Shown: positions 9,605 to 20,632, numbered from the stretch's first letter. The stretch: 64,000 nucleotides of DNA from an uncultured Acidobacteriota bacterium (GCA_963741955.1 CAVUKB010000005.1:388994-452993); one strand, 5' to 3'. Notes: a model not told the origin generated them from the sequence alone. Made by a program: numbers and translations.

Positions 9605-10918
9605 CTACAGTTCACGGATGCGATTCCGGCGCATCAGAAACAGCGCAGAGATCACACCGAGCGCCACCGCGTTCGCGCCCAGGGCCAGCGAAACCGAGGC
9701 ACGATCGGCGACCCATCCCGCGGTCAGGTTCCCCAGCGGCATGCCGCCGCGGAACGAGAGCATGAATATGGACATCACCCTCCCCCGCATCTCTTCGGTC
9801 GTCGCGAGCTGCACGAGTGAGCTCACGGTAGTGATGATCCCGAGCAGCGATGCGCCCGCGAAGAATACCGCGATCAGACTGATCCAGAGCGTTCCCGACG
9901 ACGCGAAGATCAGGAGAAAGACCGCGAAGCCGAGCTGATACACGAGAGCGCTCCGCCCGCGGCCGGTGCGGTGCGACCGTGCGGCGACGAACAGTGCTCC
10001 TGCGACCGATCCCGCTCCCGAGGCAGTCATCATCCAGCTGTATCCCGTCGCACCGAATCCGAACACCGATTTCGCCACCACCGGAAGCATGGTCACCAGA
10101 GGGATTCCGAAAAACGTGCTCACGAATGCGAGGAGTGTCAGCTGGCGTATTGCGGGGCGCTGCTGCAGAAACGAGAATCCGGCGCGGATGTCGCCGAAGA
10201 TGCTGCGCGTCTTCGCGACGACGGGTTGGAACGACGCACGGATCGCGAGGAGGCTGAGCATCACCGGAATGAACGAAACGCCGTTCAGTGCGAAGCACGC
10301 CGCCGGGCCGAGCGCCGCCAGTGCCAGTCCCGCGAGAACCGGACCGATCATCCGGGCCAGGTTGAACTGCATCGAGTTGAGTGCAATCGCGTTCGGCATG
10401 TCCTCGCGCGGTACGAGCAGCGGCAGGAGGGCCTGATAGGCAGGTCCGCCGAAAGCCTGGGCCGTTCCGGTGGCGAACGAGAGTGCGAAGATGTGCCAGA
10501 CCTCCACTTTCCCGCTGTAGATCAGCGCTGCGAGGATGAACGCAAGCGTCATCTGCGCCACCTGTGAGACGAGAAGGATCCGGCGGCGCTCCACCCGGTC
10601 GGCGACGACTCCTCCGAAAAGTGAGAAGAGAATCATCGGTGCGGTGGCGAGAAATGCATCGACGCCCAGCAGGAATGCCGACTTCGTCATGGAGAGGACG
10701 ACCCAGCTCTGGGCGACCGTCTGCATCCAGGTCCCGGTGGTGGAGGTGAACGCGCCGATCCAGAGGATGCGGAAGTCGCGCGAGCGGAACGCCTGAAATG
10801 CGCGGAGGGAGAGCTTCGCCCGAACCGATTCCGGCCCGTCGGCACCACGATCGCCTTCCGGGGAGCGCGAAGCGTCGTCGATGATCGACTCCTTGCATTC
10901 CACGCACTCCTGCAGCAC
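9605..10918 (-). CDS. MFS transporter (EntS/MFS_1-like, 12 TM)
   Basis: ORF 9605..11059. The MFS body starts around LRAFQAFRSRDFRILWIGAF. The start is uncertain (GTG candidates near 10918 or 10825) because the ATG at 11059 would overlap ruvC. Confidence 0.7.
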   Translation of the reverse strand: MLQECVECKESIIDDASRSPEGDRGADGPESVRAKLSLRAFQAFRSRDFRILWIGAFTSTTGTWMQTVAQSWVVLSMTKSAFLLGVDAFLATAPMILFSLFGGVVADRVERRRILLVSQVAQMTLAFILAALIYSGKVEVWHIFALSFATGTAQAFGGPAYQALLPLLVPREDMPNAIALNSMQFNLARMIGPVLAGLALAALGPAACFALNGVSFIPVMLSLLAIRASFQPVVAKTRSIFGDIRAGFSFLQQRPAIRQLTLLAFVSTFFGIPLVTMLPVVAKSVFGFGATGYSWMMTASGAGSVAGALFVAARSHRTGRGRSALVYQLGFAVFLLIFASSGTLWISLIAVFFAGASLLGIITTVSSLVQLATTEEMRGRVMSIFMLSFRGGMPLGNLTAGWVADRASVSLALGANAVALGVISALFLMRRNRIREL

Positions 10919-10991
10919 GTGGAGGTGTTCGTACGAGACGGGGCTCTTCTCCGGGAGGATCGTCCCACCCTCACCGGGGTGAAGATCCCGG

Positions 10992-11489
10992 TTACTGCAA
11001 ACGGATCCGGCCGGCGGGCCGCACGCTGTGGGCGTGACAGATCGCGACCGCCAGCGCATCGGCGGCGTCCACGGACATTTTCAGCTCGCGCGCTCCGCGG
11101 ACCAGGAGCTGAACCATGCTGCCAACCTGCGACTTCTCCGCCCCACCATATCCGACCACCGCACTCTTGACCGATCGCGGCGAATACTCGAAGACTTCGA
11201 GGCCTGCGTTGCACGCGGCGAGGAGAATCACTCCTCTGGCGTGCGCGAGCTGGATCAGGCTCTTCGGATTGAGTCCCGCGAACGGCGATTCCACGGCCAT
11301 CGCGTCCGGAGAAGTGCGCGCGATGACTCCCGTCAGTTCCTCGTAGATTCTCCGCAGGCGCTCGGGGAACTGCTCGCCCCGTCGCGTCCGGACCTCTCCC
11401 TGTTCGATGATCGACAGCTGACCCCGGCCGGAATCGATCACCCCATAGCCGGTGACGATGGAACCGGGATCGACGCCGAGAATCCTCAT
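10992..11489 (-). CDS. ruvC: Crossover junction endodeoxyribonuclease RuvC
   Basis: 165 aa, MRILGVDPGSIVTGYGVID..., RuvC fold. Confidence 0.9.
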   Translation of the reverse strand: MRILGVDPGSIVTGYGVIDSGRGQLSIIEQGEVRTRRGEQFPERLRRIYEELTGVIARTSPDAMAVESPFAGLNPKSLIQLAHARGVILLAACNAGLEVFEYSPRSVKSAVVGYGGAEKSQVGSMVQLLVRGARELKMSVDAADALAVAICHAHSVRPAGRIRLQ

Positions 11490-11493
11490 CGGA

Positions 11494-12237
11494 TCACTCG
11501 GCCATCAGCTCGTCAGGGATGTCGAAGTTCGTCCAGACGTTCTGCGTATCGTCGTGGTCGTCGAGCATCTCGATCAGCTTCATGGCCTGACGCCCCTTCG
11601 AGTCGTCGAGCTCGGTGTAGGTCGTGGGAATCTCGCCGATCTTCGCCTCCAGCGTCGGAATACCCGCCTTATCCACGGCTTCGCGAAGACTCTCGAAATT
11701 CGCCGGGTCGACGTAGATCTCGAACGCCTCCGGATCGTCGGTATTGAGGTCGTCCGCCCCCGCTTCGAGGGCGATCTCCATCAGCCGGTCCTCCGACGCC
11801 GCGCTCTTCTCGATTGCGATGTATCCCTTTCGCTCGAAAAGGTACTTCACCGATCCGGGCGTCCCCATGTTCCCGCCGTATTTCTCGAAGATGTGCCGGA
11901 TCTCGGGGGTGGTGCGGTTGGTGTTGTCGGTGAACGCCTCGACCAGGATGGCCACGCCTCCGGGGCCGTACCCCTCGTACGTCACCTCTTCGTAGGTGCT
12001 CCCTTCGATCTCTCCCGTTCCCCTCTTGATCGCCCGGTCGATGTTGTCTTTCGGCATGTTGCTGGCCTTGGCCTCGGCGACTGCCGCTCGAAGGCGGGGA
12101 TTCGCTTCCGGATCACCGCCGCCGAGACGTGCGGCAACGGTCATTTCCTTGATGATCCGGGTGAAGACCTTACCGCGCTTGGCGTCGGCCGCACCCTTCT
12201 TGTGCTTGATCGTGCTCCATTTGCTGTGACCCGACAT
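11494..12237 (-). CDS. yebC: YebC/PmpR family DNA-binding transcriptional regulator
   Basis: [31 protein letters not shown]... Start taken at the internal ATG (M17 of the ORF). Conserved yebC-ruvC arrangement. Confidence 0.9.
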   Translation of the reverse strand: MSGHSKWSTIKHKKGAADAKRGKVFTRIIKEMTVAARLGGGDPEANPRLRAAVAEAKASNMPKDNIDRAIKRGTGEIEGSTYEEVTYEGYGPGGVAILVEAFTDNTNRTTPEIRHIFEKYGGNMGTPGSVKYLFERKGYIAIEKSAASEDRLMEIALEAGADDLNTDDPEAFEIYVDPANFESLREAVDKAGIPTLEAKIGEIPTTYTELDDSKGRQAMKLIEMLDDHDDTQNVWTNFDIPDELMAE

Positions 12238-12342
12238 ACAGAATCCGTTCTCCTTGAATCGCGTCCCGCTCGAAAGAGAGGACAAATCGGAAGGTCAACT
12301 ATAAATTGAAGAATAGCACCGTTCTTTTCAGCGGAGGAACCC

Positions 12343-12564
12343 GTGATTCAGTCCGTCATCACGATTCCGCAGTTTCCCATCGCCATCGTTTTCGAGGATG
12401 GAGACTGCCAGATCTACGACAGCCCCGACGACCTCCAGAACCGGCTCGACTGTATCGACACCACGCTCGCCGACAACCGGATCTGGATCCGCGACAACAT
12501 GGGACGAGCCGTCCTCCTCCGGATGATCGGCGGCGAAATCTATCATTTCGAAGCCGCCGAGTAA
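12343..12564 (+). CDS. Hypothetical small protein (73 aa)
   Basis: GTG start 6 nt after a GGAGG Shine-Dalgarno. Coding-like third-position GC. No recognisable domain. Confidence 0.45.
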   Translation: MIQSVITIPQFPIAIVFEDGDCQIYDSPDDLQNRLDCIDTTLADNRIWIRDNMGRAVLLRMIGGEIYHFEAAE

Positions 12565-12599
12565 AAGCCCCGGATCATGGACCGGACCTCGTGGATCTG

Positions 12600-12880
12600 A
12601 CGCCACGACCGTGCGTCTTCGGCGCCGGTCGGATCCTCGTTCATCTCAGATCATCGTCTCCGATCCCCGGTGCCTCTCAGATCCTCGTTCCTCGATCTCA
12701 GATCCTCGTTCCCCGGTGCCGCTCAGATCCTCGATCCTCGATCTCCGATCCCCGGTGCCTTTCAGATCCTCGATTCTCGATCCCCGATCCTCGATGCCTC
12801 TCAGATCCTCGATCCCCGATCCTCGATGCCTCTCAGATCCTCGATCCCAGATACTAGATCCTAGATGCCTCTCCGATGCC
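12600..12880. repeat. Degenerate tandem repeat with a ~32-bp period, built from CCTCGATC octamers (cagatcctcgatccccgatcctcgatgcctct)
   Basis: Seen directly. It lies between the convergent small ORF and the der 3' end. It is the reverse-complement family of the 18267-18435 repeat and the same orientation as 33077-33130. Confidence 0.85.
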
Positions 12881-12882
12881 TT

Positions 12883-14217
12883 TCAGTTGCCTTTCATTCC
12901 TTTCCGCCCGCGGATCACCAGATGGACCGGTGTTCCGACGAGAGAGAGTGCATCTCGAAACTGATTTTCGAGAAACCGCCGGTAGGAGAAGTGGAGCGGG
13001 TCTTCCATGTTGGAAAAGATGGCGATCGTCGGAGGTTGAGCCTTCAGCTGCGTCGCGTAGTAGAAGCGCCGCTGCCGGCCGCGCACCGCCGGGGGATGGT
13101 GCAGCGCCACCGCACGCTCCAGGATCTTGTTCAGGTCGGAGGTCCTGAACTTCGAGCGGTATGATTCGGCAATCTGGTCGATGGTCGGGAAGAGCTTCTC
13201 CACTCGCCGTCCGTACTTCGCAGAGATGAATTCCAGCGGAGCGTACGGGAGAAACTTCAGCTTCCGCCGCACCCGGTCTTCGTACTCCCGCGTCAGAGTC
13301 GGAGTCCGTTCGACCGCATCCCACTTGTTCACCAGGATCAGCGCGGCCTTTCCGGCCTCCTCGGCGTAGCCCGCCACCGTCGCATCCTGAGCCGCGATCT
13401 CCTCGGTTCCATCGACCACCAGCAGCGCGATGTCGCATCGCTGGATCGCCTTGCGCGCGGAGATCACCGAAAGCTTCTCCGCCTCATCGGTCGTCTTTCC
13501 TTTGCGACGGATTCCGGCGGTGTCGATGATCAGATATTCGCGGCCGTCGCGTTCGATCAGTTCGTCGATCGCATCACGCGTCGTCCCCGAGATCTCCGAA
13601 ACGACGGCGCGTTCTGCGTTGGTGAGGCGGTTGAGGAGGGAAGACTTCCCGACGTTCGGACGCCCGATGATCGCGAGCCGCAGAGGCTCGCTCTCGGCCG
13701 CTTCCGGTTCTTCTTCCACCGGAACGACTTCGCGAATCGCCTCGAGGAGATCCTCCGTGTTGATTCCATGCTCCGCGGAGACTGCGATCAGTCGCTCGAA
13801 ACCGAGACCGTAGAATTCCGACTGATTCTCCTGAGCCACTCGGGTGTCGATCTTGTTCACGACCACGATCACCCGTCGCGACCCGGAGCGAAGCTGCTCG
13901 GCAATGTCTTCGTCCTCGGGGAGAATGCCGGTCGTCCCGTCCACGACGAAGAGGATCAGGTCGCCGCTCTCGATCGCCTGCGCGGCCTGGATCCGGATCT
14001 CGTCGGCGAACGCGGACATCGGACTGTCGCCGTATTCGAGTCCGCCGGTATCGGTCAGCTCGAACCGCTCACCGGAATCGAGCTGCACCTCGTCGGAGAG
14101 CCGGTCGCGCGTCATTCCGGGAAGATTGTGGATCAGCGCACGCCGCCGCCCCGCAATTCGATTGAAGAGCGTGGACTTGCCGACATTCGGCCGGCCGACG
14201 ATGACGATTCTTTTCAT
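12883..14217 (-). CDS. der: Ribosome-biogenesis GTPase Der (EngA), tandem GTPase domains
   Basis: Two G domains (GRPNVGKST..., IIGRPNVGKSSLLN...) plus a KH-like C-terminus. Confidence 0.9.
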   Translation of the reverse strand: MKRIVIVGRPNVGKSTLFNRIAGRRRALIHNLPGMTRDRLSDEVQLDSGERFELTDTGGLEYGDSPMSAFADEIRIQAAQAIESGDLILFVVDGTTGILPEDEDIAEQLRSGSRRVIVVVNKIDTRVAQENQSEFYGLGFERLIAVSAEHGINTEDLLEAIREVVPVEEEPEAAESEPLRLAIIGRPNVGKSSLLNRLTNAERAVVSEISGTTRDAIDELIERDGREYLIIDTAGIRRKGKTTDEAEKLSVISARKAIQRCDIALLVVDGTEEIAAQDATVAGYAEEAGKAALILVNKWDAVERTPTLTREYEDRVRRKLKFLPYAPLEFISAKYGRRVEKLFPTIDQIAESYRSKFRTSDLNKILERAVALHHPPAVRGRQRRFYYATQLKAQPPTIAIFSNMEDPLHFSYRRFLENQFRDALSLVGTPVHLVIRGRKGMKGN

Positions 14218-14241
14218 CAGACACCGATTCCAATCGCAGAA

Positions 14242-15663
14242 CTACCGGAACGCCAGAACCAGCGCGATCGCGATCGCAGCGCCGATCGCGGTATTGAGGA
14301 AGTTGAGCGCGCCGTTGGGAACCGCGCGGCTGCGCTTCCGATTCCAGCTCCCGACCACGCTCTCGATCCACGATCCTGCGGCCGCGGAGATCACGACGAC
14401 GCCGACGACGCTCCAGAACGAGAGGCCGGCTGATTCCCCCGCCCGGGGTACGAACATCGCTCCCCTCCCGCCACCTCCCTCCACGAACCCGCCGAACGAG
14501 GCGGCGGCGACGGCGAAGACGGAGACGATCAGGGCGGCTGTCCATCCGGCAACGGTTCCTTCGAGAGAGATCGCCCCTTCCGTTCCCGGCGCCACCCGCC
14601 GGAAGCTCAGGGGAAGAAAGGCGTGCTCGCCGAGGAGCTGACCGATCTCCGAGCCGGCGGTGTCGGCGGCCGCGGTCGCGAGTGACGCGACCGCCGCGAT
14701 CCAGAGGAGATGCGGATCGAAAGAGGACGTCGTCATCAGGAGAGCGAGGATGGCTGCGACGCCGACGTTCGCGAACGCATGCGCGAATCCGCGGCGTCCC
14801 CCCTTCTCCTGAGCCAGACCCTTCTGCCCTTTCCGCTGGTATCCGAGCTTCGTCGCTCCGCTGCCGATGACGAAGAAAACGAGGAGCGCGACGTAGAGCG
14901 CCCATCCGCCGAAGACGATGATGATCGTCCCGAGAAGCCACCCTCCGATCATTCCGGAGAGGTCGACGCTCCGGAGGATCCAGCCGGTGAGCGCGAGAAG
15001 CGTGTTCACCCCGATCCAGAGGTAAAGGCCGCGGTCGAACGGCTGCATCGTGAGCGACTGGATGTGCGTGAGCCCCCACAGAACGAGAGCGCCGGTCAGC
15101 GGGACGGTGATGTTGTCGTTGACCTCGAGCGCGAGCGTCTCCACCAGAGCGCAGGCGAGGGTCGTCACCAGGATCACGATGGCCGGAGGAATGATGGAAG
15201 GCGGCGGACCGAGGAAGAGGTATATCGCCAGAGCCGAAGGAAAACCGACCTCGAAGAAGCCCAGAATGCCTCCCAGAGACTTCTCCCGATTCCAGGGGAG
15301 ACGGAAGATCGGGAGATTGCGACCGATGAGAGTCGCGGCGCCGTCTCCGAACGCGAGGATCACCCAGATGGCACCTGCCATTGCCGGATGACGCGCAAAA
15401 ACGAGGATCAGAGCGAGGACGGCGAGGGGGTAATAGAGAATGCCGGGATCATGGCCCCGCTCGTGGCGCGCGATTCGATCTCCGAGGAGCCGCGGGAGGA
15501 GCAGCCAGTTGAAGAAGAAGGCTGCGAGAGCGGCGGCCGCCGCTTCCCACACATTCAGCCACGCGAGCGTGACGGCGAAGAATCCGACGCCGATGTGGAT
15601 CAGCTTCCGAAGCGATTCCGACCGGGAATGAGGGGGGCTCGAAATCTCGCTGGTGCTCTCCAT
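14242..15663 (-). CDS. Polytopic membrane protein: CTP-dependent polyprenol (dolichol) kinase-like N-domain fused to a DUF92/TMEM19-like C-domain
   Basis: The N-domain has a DolK/CdsA-type motif ([15 protein letters not shown]...[13 protein letters not shown], resembling KTxEGxxxG). The C-domain contains [21 protein letters not shown], typical of DUF92. Start chosen at MESTSEISS to avoid overlapping the divergent gene; the ORF extends to 15807. Confidence 0.65.
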   Translation of the reverse strand: MESTSEISSPPHSRSESLRKLIHIGVGFFAVTLAWLNVWEAAAAALAAFFFNWLLLPRLLGDRIARHERGHDPGILYYPLAVLALILVFARHPAMAGAIWVILAFGDGAATLIGRNLPIFRLPWNREKSLGGILGFFEVGFPSALAIYLFLGPPPSIIPPAIVILVTTLACALVETLALEVNDNITVPLTGALVLWGLTHIQSLTMQPFDRGLYLWIGVNTLLALTGWILRSVDLSGMIGGWLLGTIIIVFGGWALYVALLVFFVIGSGATKLGYQRKGQKGLAQEKGGRRGFAHAFANVGVAAILALLMTTSSFDPHLLWIAAVASLATAAADTAGSEIGQLLGEHAFLPLSFRRVAPGTEGAISLEGTVAGWTAALIVSVFAVAAASFGGFVEGGGGRGAMFVPRAGESAGLSFWSVVGVVVISAAAGSWIESVVGSWNRKRSRAVPNGALNFLNTAIGAAIAIALVLAFR

Positions 15664-15754
15664 GTTCCGTCTTGCGTTTTCCTTTGTGGGACCGGGACTG
15701 ATTTTCACTAGAGTACAATACTGCCCGTCCCGTGACTCACTCACTTCTGATTCC

Positions 15755-17227
15755 ATGAGCCAGCCCATGAGCGAGACCCGACCTGAACCTCTGCTCAGTG
15801 TCGTCATTCCCTGTTACAACGAACGGGCGACCGTGCGTGAGCTTCTGCGTCGCGTACGCGCAGTTCCGATCCAGAAAGAGATCATCGTCGTCGACGACTG
15901 CTCGACCGACGGATCGCGCGACATCGTCGCCCGGATCGCCCTCGAGGCGCCGGAGATTCGCCACATCATCCAACCGGTGAACATGGGTAAGGGCGCAGCG
16001 CTCCGCAGGGGAATCGAGGAAGCCCGTGGCGAGATCGTGGTCATCCAGGATGCGGACCTGGAGTACGAGCCCGAAGAGTACCCACGACTGATCCAGCCGA
16101 TTCTCGACGGTGTGGCGGACGTGGTCTATGGGTCGCGCTTCGAAGGCTACCCGCGGCGGGTGATGATGTACTGGCACACGGTGGGGAACAAGTTTCTGAC
16201 CTTCCTCTCGAACGCCACCACGAACCTCAACCTGACCGACATGGAGACCTGCTACAAGGTCTTCCGGCGGGAGATCATTCAGTCGATCCCACTCCGCTCG
16301 AACCGCTTCGGGTTCGAACCGGAGATCACCGCGAAGGTTTCGCGCCGGGGATACCGGGTGTACGAAGTCCCGATCTCCTATCACGGGCGCGACTACTGGG
16401 AAGGAAAGAAGATCAACTGGAAGGACGGGGTCTCCGCGATCTGGACGATTCTCAAGTACGGCCTCTTCTCGTCCGACGGCCACGAAGACCGCGCGTACTC
16501 CACATTGCGGCGGATGTCGCTCCTCAGCCGATACAACCGCTGGATCTGGGACAGCATCCGCCCGTACATCGGTGAGCGCGTCCTCGAAGTCGGCGCGGGA
16601 ACCGGAAACATGACCCGCTTCCTCTACGGGAAGGAGATCGTGGTCGCGACCGACGCAGACGAGACGTATCTGTGGCTGCTCCGGAATCAGTTCCGCCGCC
16701 ATCCCGGAGTGATCGTCGAGAAGCTCGTGCTCGGGGACGACCTGTCGGGATTTGCCCACTACCACTTCGACACGGTGGTCTGCCTGAACGTTCTCGAGCA
16801 CGTCGAGAACGATGTCGAAGCTCTCCTTCGTCTGCGGGAGATCCTTCCGCCGGGCGGGCGGCTCGTCCTCTACGTTCCCGCGGGCCCGCAGATCTTCGGG
16901 AAGCTCGACGAGGCGGTCGGACATCACCGGCGTTACACCCGCGAGGAGTTGACGTCGAAAATCGAAGACGCAGGCTTCGAGGTCGAGAAGACGGTGTTCC
17001 GTAACCGGATCGGACGTATCGGCTGGTGGCTCAACGGACGAATACTCGGACGCGCCGAAGTTCCTTCCGTGCAGTCGAGGATCTTCGACCGGCTGGTCCC
17101 GCTTTTCCGCGCGATGGAAGGAGACGACCCGCCGGACGGACTCGGGCTGATCGCGGTCTGCCGGAATCCCGAGCCGAAGCCGGAGAGCGCGTCCCCTGCC
17201 GGCCGGCTGGCGGGGACGTCCGCATGA
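15755..17227 (+). CDS. Bifunctional GT2 glycosyltransferase (polyprenol-phosphate mannose synthase/Dpm1-like) fused to a class I SAM-dependent methyltransferase
   Basis: GT2 N-domain: [11 protein letters not shown]...[12 protein letters not shown]...GKGAALRRG...DADLEY. MTase C-domain: [15 protein letters not shown]...[12 protein letters not shown]...[10 protein letters not shown]. Start at the internal ATG (MSQPMSET). Confidence 0.8.
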   Translation: MSQPMSETRPEPLLSVVIPCYNERATVRELLRRVRAVPIQKEIIVVDDCSTDGSRDIVARIALEAPEIRHIIQPVNMGKGAALRRGIEEARGEIVVIQDADLEYEPEEYPRLIQPILDGVADVVYGSRFEGYPRRVMMYWHTVGNKFLTFLSNATTNLNLTDMETCYKVFRREIIQSIPLRSNRFGFEPEITAKVSRRGYRVYEVPISYHGRDYWEGKKINWKDGVSAIWTILKYGLFSSDGHEDRAYSTLRRMSLLSRYNRWIWDSIRPYIGERVLEVGAGTGNMTRFLYGKEIVVATDADETYLWLLRNQFRRHPGVIVEKLVLGDDLSGFAHYHFDTVVCLNVLEHVENDVEALLRLREILPPGGRLVLYVPAGPQIFGKLDEAVGHHRRYTREELTSKIEDAGFEVEKTVFRNRIGRIGWWLNGRILGRAEVPSVQSRIFDRLVPLFRAMEGDDPPDGLGLIAVCRNPEPKPESASPAGRLAGTSA

Positions 17228-18267
17228 CGCGGAGCGGGACGACAGTTCTGATTCTCGCCGGTGGCGCCGGCACCCGGCTGTGGCCTCTGAGCACGGACGA
17301 ACGCCCCAAGCAGTTTCTCCGGATCTTCGCAGGGCGATCGCTCCTCGAGCTGACCTGGTCGCGACTCGCCCCGCTCGCCGCATCACCGTCGCATCTGTTC
17401 GTCGCGACGAACGAACGATACCGTCCGCTGGTGCGCGAGCAGATCCCCGAGCTGCCGGAGGAGAACATCCTGGTCGAGCCGGCCCGGCGCAACACCGCTC
17501 CGGCCATCGCGGCATGCTGCCGGGTGATCGCGCGCCGCCACCCCGACGCGGTGGTGGCGATCTTCCCTTCCGACCACGCGATCGAGGATCGTGACGCGGA
17601 CGACGGATCGTTCGCAGCCGTCGCGTCGACGGCGATCGATTTCGCGGCGTCGCACGACGCGCTGGTCACCATCGGAATCCGTCCCACCGAGCCGAACACC
17701 GGCTTCGGGTACCTCGAGCTCGGAGAGGAGCTCGCGACCGGCGTCGTCGGTGTCCGCCGCTTCGTGGAGAAACCGGATCTCGTGACTGCGCAGCAGTACG
17801 TCGACTCGCAACGCTTTCTCTGGAACGGCGGGATGTTCGTCTGGCGTCTTTCCTCCTTCTTCGAGATTCTCGAAAAGGTCGCTCCGGAGATCGCACGCGG
17901 GAGTCTCCGCTTCGTGGAAGCGGATGATGAGCAGCGGCGATCTCTGTACGAGGCGATGCCGTCGATCTCGATCGACTATGCGGTGATGGAGAAGGCAGCA
18001 GGCGTCGCCACGGTGTCGGCGCGGTTCGAATGGTCGGACGTCGGCAGCTGGAAGGCGGTGGCGAGGTTCGCCGGGGCCTCGATTCCAGACAACGTATTCG
18101 TCGAAGACTCCTCCCGCCTCTTCGTCCGCTCCGATCGCACCCGCCCCGTCGGGGTCGTCGGTCTCGACAACGTCGCGGTGATCGAGACCGAGGAAGGACT
18201 CCTGGTGCTGAACCTCGAGAAGTCCGAGTTGCTCAGCGCTCTCGTGAAGCGGATGGGAGGCATCTAG
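17224..18267 (+). CDS. Mannose-1-phosphate guanylyltransferase (GDP-mannose pyrophosphorylase)
   Basis: [24 protein letters not shown]... nucleotidyltransferase fold. ATG overlaps the upstream stop (ATGA). Confidence 0.85.
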   Translation: MTRSGTTVLILAGGAGTRLWPLSTDERPKQFLRIFAGRSLLELTWSRLAPLAASPSHLFVATNERYRPLVREQIPELPEENILVEPARRNTAPAIAACCRVIARRHPDAVVAIFPSDHAIEDRDADDGSFAAVASTAIDFAASHDALVTIGIRPTEPNTGFGYLELGEELATGVVGVRRFVEKPDLVTAQQYVDSQRFLWNGGMFVWRLSSFFEILEKVAPEIARGSLRFVEADDEQRRSLYEAMPSISIDYAVMEKAAGVATVSARFEWSDVGSWKAVARFAGASIPDNVFVEDSSRLFVRSDRTRPVGVVGLDNVAVIETEEGLLVLNLEKSELLSALVKRMGGI

Positions 18268-18435
18268 GATCGAGGATCGAGGATCGAGGATCGAGGATCG
18301 AGGATCGAGGATCGAGGATCGAGGATCGAGGATCGAGGCATCGAGGATCGAGGCATCGAGGCATCGAGGCATCGAGGATCGAAGATCGAGGCCAAACCCG
18401 TCGGACCTGTCGGCCCTGTCCGACAAGTCTGACGC
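18267..18435. repeat. Octamer tandem repeats: (GGATCGAG)x~13, then (GCATCGAG)x4, then GTCGGACCTGTCGGCCCTGTCCGAC
   Basis: Seen directly. Same motif families as 70-355. Confidence 0.9.
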
Positions 18436-18453
18436 CGAGCTTCGACGGCAGTC

Positions 18454-19287
18454 CTACCCGAAGAGCGCCGCTGCGTTCTCCCACAGGATCTTCTGCTCCA
18501 TCGCTTCGCCGAGCCCGAGCGACCGGAGCTCGTCCACGTTCGCCGACATCGAGGTCACGCCGGGCGATGGCCAGTCGGTGCCCCACAGGACCTTCTCCGC
18601 GACGTCGCCGATCCTCGGGAGATACCGAAGGAGCGCCCGAGGAGGGATACCGGAGACGTCGATCCTGACGTTGGGATGCCTCCGGGTGAGGAAGAACGCT
18701 GTCTCCCCGTAGAGAGGGCGCCCCGCGTGGGCGAGGATGATCGGCAACCGCGGGAAATCGACTGCGACGTCGTCCACCGGCATCGGGTCGGCGTAGACGT
18801 TGCGCGCTCCCGGAAAGACCGACGTCCCGGTGTGGAACATCACCGGAACCGAGCGTGCCTCGCACTCGCGATAGATCTCCGCGAGCGCTGGAAGCTCGTC
18901 ACGGTACGCGTTCGCCGCATACAGCTGGTGCGGCGGGTGGATCTTAATCATCCGCATCCCGCCGTCCAGGATCCGCCGGACTTCACCTCCGACGTCGGGC
19001 TGCAGGCGCGCGTGGACCGAGCCGACGGGGAGGAGCCGGTCGCGATGGCCGCGCGTGAAGTCGAGAATCCAGTCGTTCACTTCGGGGGTGAATCCCGTCA
19101 CTTCCGGCGAGACGTAGTTGATGCAGCAGATCCGCTCGATTCCGTTCGCGTCGAGGTGCCGGAGCATCGCGTCCGCGCTGGAGAGTGCCTCTTTCGCGTC
19201 GGCGTGTCCCGGATCGTCGATCATCGCGAGCACTTCCGGCCGCACCATCTGCCACGGCTGAACGTGAACGTGGACGTCGAAGATCAT
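18454..19287 (-). CDS. Amidohydrolase-2 family metal-dependent hydrolase (TIM barrel)
   Basis: MIFDVHVHVQPW... with HxH and conserved His/Asp positions. Confidence 0.7.
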   Translation of the reverse strand: MIFDVHVHVQPWQMVRPEVLAMIDDPGHADAKEALSSADAMLRHLDANGIERICCINYVSPEVTGFTPEVNDWILDFTRGHRDRLLPVGSVHARLQPDVGGEVRRILDGGMRMIKIHPPHQLYAANAYRDELPALAEIYRECEARSVPVMFHTGTSVFPGARNVYADPMPVDDVAVDFPRLPIILAHAGRPLYGETAFFLTRRHPNVRIDVSGIPPRALLRYLPRIGDVAEKVLWGTDWPSPGVTSMSANVDELRSLGLGEAMEQKILWENAAALFG

Positions 19288-19300
19288 CGCGGAAAGACGC

Positions 19301-19750
19301 TCAGCTCATCACCAGGCGCATGCAGGTGGCACTCTCCGGGCAGGCGCCCTGCAGCTGTGACGACGAGAGGAGCTGCGGATGGATCTGATCGCGGTCGATC
19401 ACCTTGAACCCGCGCTTCCGGAAGAACTCTTCGGCCCCTTCGGTGAGGAGATAGAACTCGCGCAGCCCGCGCGAGGAGAGCCGGTCGAGAAGCTCCCGCA
19501 CGATCCTTCGCCCGAGTCCCATCCCGCGGTACTCGGGATCGACCGCGATCGACCGCAGGAGTGCGGCGAACTGGTAGGCTTCGGCTCCTCCGCACGCCAC
19601 GGCCACCGCTCCGTCGCGCGCGATGACGAAGTTCCTAAGATGCGCCTCCACGTCGGAGGTCATCAGCTGGTTCCGCTCGAGGAGGGAGAGGACCTCCGGG
19701 AGGTCGTCGGGTAAGGCCGGAGTGATCCGGAGATCGGCAAGAGTCTTCAT
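19301..19750 (-). CDS. GNAT family N-acetyltransferase
   Basis: Acetyl-CoA-binding motif RGMGLGRRIVRELL. Confidence 0.75.
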   Translation of the reverse strand: MKTLADLRITPALPDDLPEVLSLLERNQLMTSDVEAHLRNFVIARDGAVAVACGGAEAYQFAALLRSIAVDPEYRGMGLGRRIVRELLDRLSSRGLREFYLLTEGAEEFFRKRGFKVIDRDQIHPQLLSSSQLQGACPESATCMRLVMS

Positions 19751-19903
19751 CTCCCCCCTCTGCTGAATCGGAATTCGTACGACGGATGAAGATATGTGAT
19801 GAGGCCGTATCGCGCAAGCGATCGGAAGGAACGGAGAGAAGAGCGACCCCGGATCCGCTCGCGGCTCGCTTTGCGGAGCGCTTCGCGCGGGCCGCTCGAT
19901 CCG

Positions 19904-20632
19904 TCAGCGCAGTTCGAACGTCACGTCGACATGGAACTCCATCTCCAGGGTTCCCTCCTCCACCGGTACGCTCGAAGCTGCAACTCGCGACTCCATCGCC
20001 ATGGCCATGGGTCGGGGAGGTGGCGGAGTCATTCCTTCTTCGGAGATCACGATCGCGCGTCCCAACGTCCTGCCGGCCGCTTCGGCGAGCGCCTGCGCGC
20101 TGCTCTTCGCATTCTCGTACGCCTGGCGCAGCCCCGTTCTTCGGGCAGCTTCGGGGTCGGCGATGCTCATGTTGAGCCCGGAGGCATTGTTTGCTCCCGC
20201 ATCGACGGCGGCCTGGAGCAGCTTCCCTGCGGTCGTGGCTTTCGACGTCGTCACCACCACCGAGTTGTTCACCTGGTAGCCGGTGAGTCGCGGCGCCTCT
20301 CCCTGCTGGTAGACCTGCTGCGGATAGACCGAAAAATTGGTGGTGCGAATCTGATCCGGAGTCGCCCCCGCCTTCTTCAGTGCGTCGACCACTCCGGAAA
20401 CGCGGGTGTTGTTCTGACGGACCGCGTCATCGACCGTCGGAGCCGTCGTCTGCACCCCGATGGTGAACGTCACCCGGTCGGGAGTGAGCGAGAGCCTCGC
20501 GTTTCCACGTACCGTGACGGTGTCCGCGAGAGTTCCCGCAGGTGCCATCTCCGCGGCGAGCAGACGCGCCGCAGGAAGAAGAAAAAGGAGCATCACAGCT
20601 CCGGTGATCTGAACCACAAAACGCTGTCGCAT
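19904..20632 (-). CDS. SIMPL/DUF541 periplasmic protein
   Basis: Signal peptide MRQRFVVQITGAVMLLFLLPAARLLAA. SIMPL-like body (TVTVRGNARLSLTPDRVTFTIGVQT...). Start at the internal ATG. Confidence 0.65.
   Translation of the reverse strand: MRQRFVVQITGAVMLLFLLPAARLLAAEMAPAGTLADTVTVRGNARLSLTPDRVTFTIGVQTTAPTVDDAVRQNNTRVSGVVDALKKAGATPDQIRTTNFSVYPQQVYQQGEAPRLTGYQVNNSVVVTTSKATTAGKLLQAAVDAGANNASGLNMSIADPEAARRTGLRQAYENAKSSAQALAEAAGRTLGRAIVISEEGMTPPPPRPMAMAMESRVAASSVPVEEGTLEMEFHVDVTFELR

Noticed and set aside
15737-17515. 592-aa minus-strand ORF
   Set aside because: It is antisense to the GT2-methyltransferase and GDP-mannose pyrophosphorylase genes. Spurious.
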